Assembly: GCF_006345805.1 (NCBI RefSeq)
Contig: NC_043010.1
Location: 9,734,001-9,798,000, forward strand
DNA: 64,000 nt
Origin: Octopus sinensis
Lineage: Eukaryota
Direction of reading: 5' to 3'
Program-made: the position numbers and the translations under genes
Shown: positions 62,284 through 64,000 of the stretch, in pieces
How the letters are laid out: every line of letters starts with the position of its first letter
Position numbering within the stretch: position 1 is the first letter of the stretch
The notes under the pieces: model-generated
The model's input: only the letters and a program-made list of their open reading frames with translations
The model's database searches: none
Told to the model about the DNA's origin: nothing

Positions 62284-62850
62284 ACGATGGATAGTGGAAG
62301 ACTGTACTCAGTTGTCGATGAAAATCCAGCAAGGCTTTGAAATTGATTCAGCTTGGGTGGAATTTGAACTCAGAACTTGAAGATGGATGAAATACCGCAA
62401 AGCCTTTTGCCTGGTATACTAACAATTCTGCCAACTCACTGCCCTGCCTTCAGAAATGATAAAATATACCAGTCATAAAAACTGTACTGATCTTATCAGC
62501 TGTATCACCCAACAAGATTTGTGACCCTGTGCCAATGTTAGAAATTGAGAATTGCAATAGAATTCAAGGATCCATGGCAGTGAAATGGCAGGATTAATAG
62601 AGAAATGATTAAAATTCCTTATGGTATTTAGTTGATGCTAACTTCACATTCTGAGTTCAGACTCTATTGATGCCAGCTTTGAATTTCAACTATGTAGGGG
62701 ATTGGTAAAATGTTTGGGAAAGATCCAGTTTTACTACAAAGACAAAACTTTATATATACAAAACTGGGGTGGGGACTACATTATTTTATGGATGTGAAGC
62801 CTGGACAGTTTACAAAAGACATGCAAAAACAAAAACAAAAAATACTTGAT

Positions 62851-63025
62851 AGGTGCAGGAGTGACTGTGTGGTAAGATGTTTGCTTCGTAACCACATGGT
62901 TTTGGGTTCAGTCCCACTACTTGGCACCTTGGGCAAGTGTCTTCTACAATAGCCTTGGGCTCACCAAGGCCTTGTAAGTGGATTTCATAGATGGAAACTG
63001 AAAGAAACTGTTGTATATATATGTA

Positions 63026-63074
<49 letters not shown>

Positions 63075-63310
63075 TATATATATATATATATATATCTGTG
63101 GTGTGCATGTGTGTGTGTATGTATATTTATGTGCATGTGCCTTTCTGCTAGTGTTTGTCCATTAACCATTGCTTAACAACTGATTTTGGTGTGTTTATGT
63201 ACCTGTAACTTGTGATCCAGCAAAAGAATTTGGGGTCAATTTGTTTGACAAAAACCCTTTAAGGTGGTGCTCAAGCATGGCTGCAGTCAAATGACTGAAA
63301 CAAATAAAGG
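62851..63310 (+). mobile_element. SINE family A, older copy
   Basis: Homology; further old fragments at ~51180-51282 (-) and ~53415-53590 (+). Confidence 0.8.
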
Positions 63311-63369
63311 TATAAAAGAATAAAGATTACTTTCATCTAAAAATTCTCTACATCAAGTGACAAACATCA

Positions 63370-63775
63370 ACTCCAGTGCGTAACTGGTACTTATTTAATC
63401 GACCCCAAAAGGATGAAAAGCAAAGTCAACCTCGGCGGAATTTGAACTCAGAACATAGCAGCAGACGAAATACCTCTTTCTTTACTACCCACAAGGGGCT
63501 AAACAGAGAGGGGACAAACAAGGACAGACAAATAGATTAAGTCGATTACATCGACCCTAGTGCATAACTGGTACTTAATTTATAATAAGAATTCTTAGCA
63601 TGCTGGGAAAATGATTGGTAGCATTTCATCTGTCTTTACGTTCTGAGTCCAATTTTGCCTTTCATCCTTTTGGGATTGATAAAACAAGTATCAGTTGAAT
63701 ACTGGGGTTGATGTAATCAACTTATCACGCCTCTTAAATTGCTGGCCTTGTGCCAAAATTTGAAATCAATATTAG
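63370..63775. mobile_element. Cluster of three SINE family B pieces (two minus, one plus)
   Basis: Homology. Confidence 0.75.
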
Positions 63776-64000
63776 GCCTAATAGCCCACTTCAAGACCCA
63801 TGAAGAGTAAAGCTGCTAATCCTGATATATTCAGGGACATGAAGGATGAATGTTGTCACACATACACACACACACACACATACACGTGTGTGAGTGTGTA
63901 ATGGCATTATATACATCTAGTGATAAGAATACTCAGAATTTTGCAAACATCACTATTGCATCATTTGTGATAGTTTCCAAATGCTGAGCAGCAAGAGAGA

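Overview
AT-rich, repeat-dense eukaryotic DNA, most likely from a coleoid cephalopod (Octopus-type protocadherin, SINEs and microsatellites). One protein-coding gene is supported: a minus-strand protocadherin. Its large exon (38859-36423; ATG 38810) encodes signal peptide, six cadherin repeats, TM and proximal tail. A phase-matched 151-nt second coding exon (29928-29778) encodes a DxGHG motif and YEEI, and a candidate terminal exon lies at 24884-24814. The rest is retroposons and DNA elements: five working tRNA/RTE-related SINE families (labelled A-E here), 5'-truncated RTE and R4-like LINE ends, Penelope-like remnants, Helitron/Helentron, hAT, mariner and piggyBac-type MITEs, four long palindromes and many simple repeats that explain nearly all other ORFs. 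The most notable signal is a dispersed set of at least 8 minimal type-I hammerhead-ribozyme motifs of the Penelope/retrozyme kind. One has an intact core on the sense strand of the protocadherin intron about 300 nt before exon 2, two form an inverted pair in a 250-bp hairpin, two share an A6U core variant, and one sits in the tail of a tRNA-headed SINE. All structures were read by eye, family names come from recalled motifs and need database confirmation, and repeat boundaries without TSDs are approximate.
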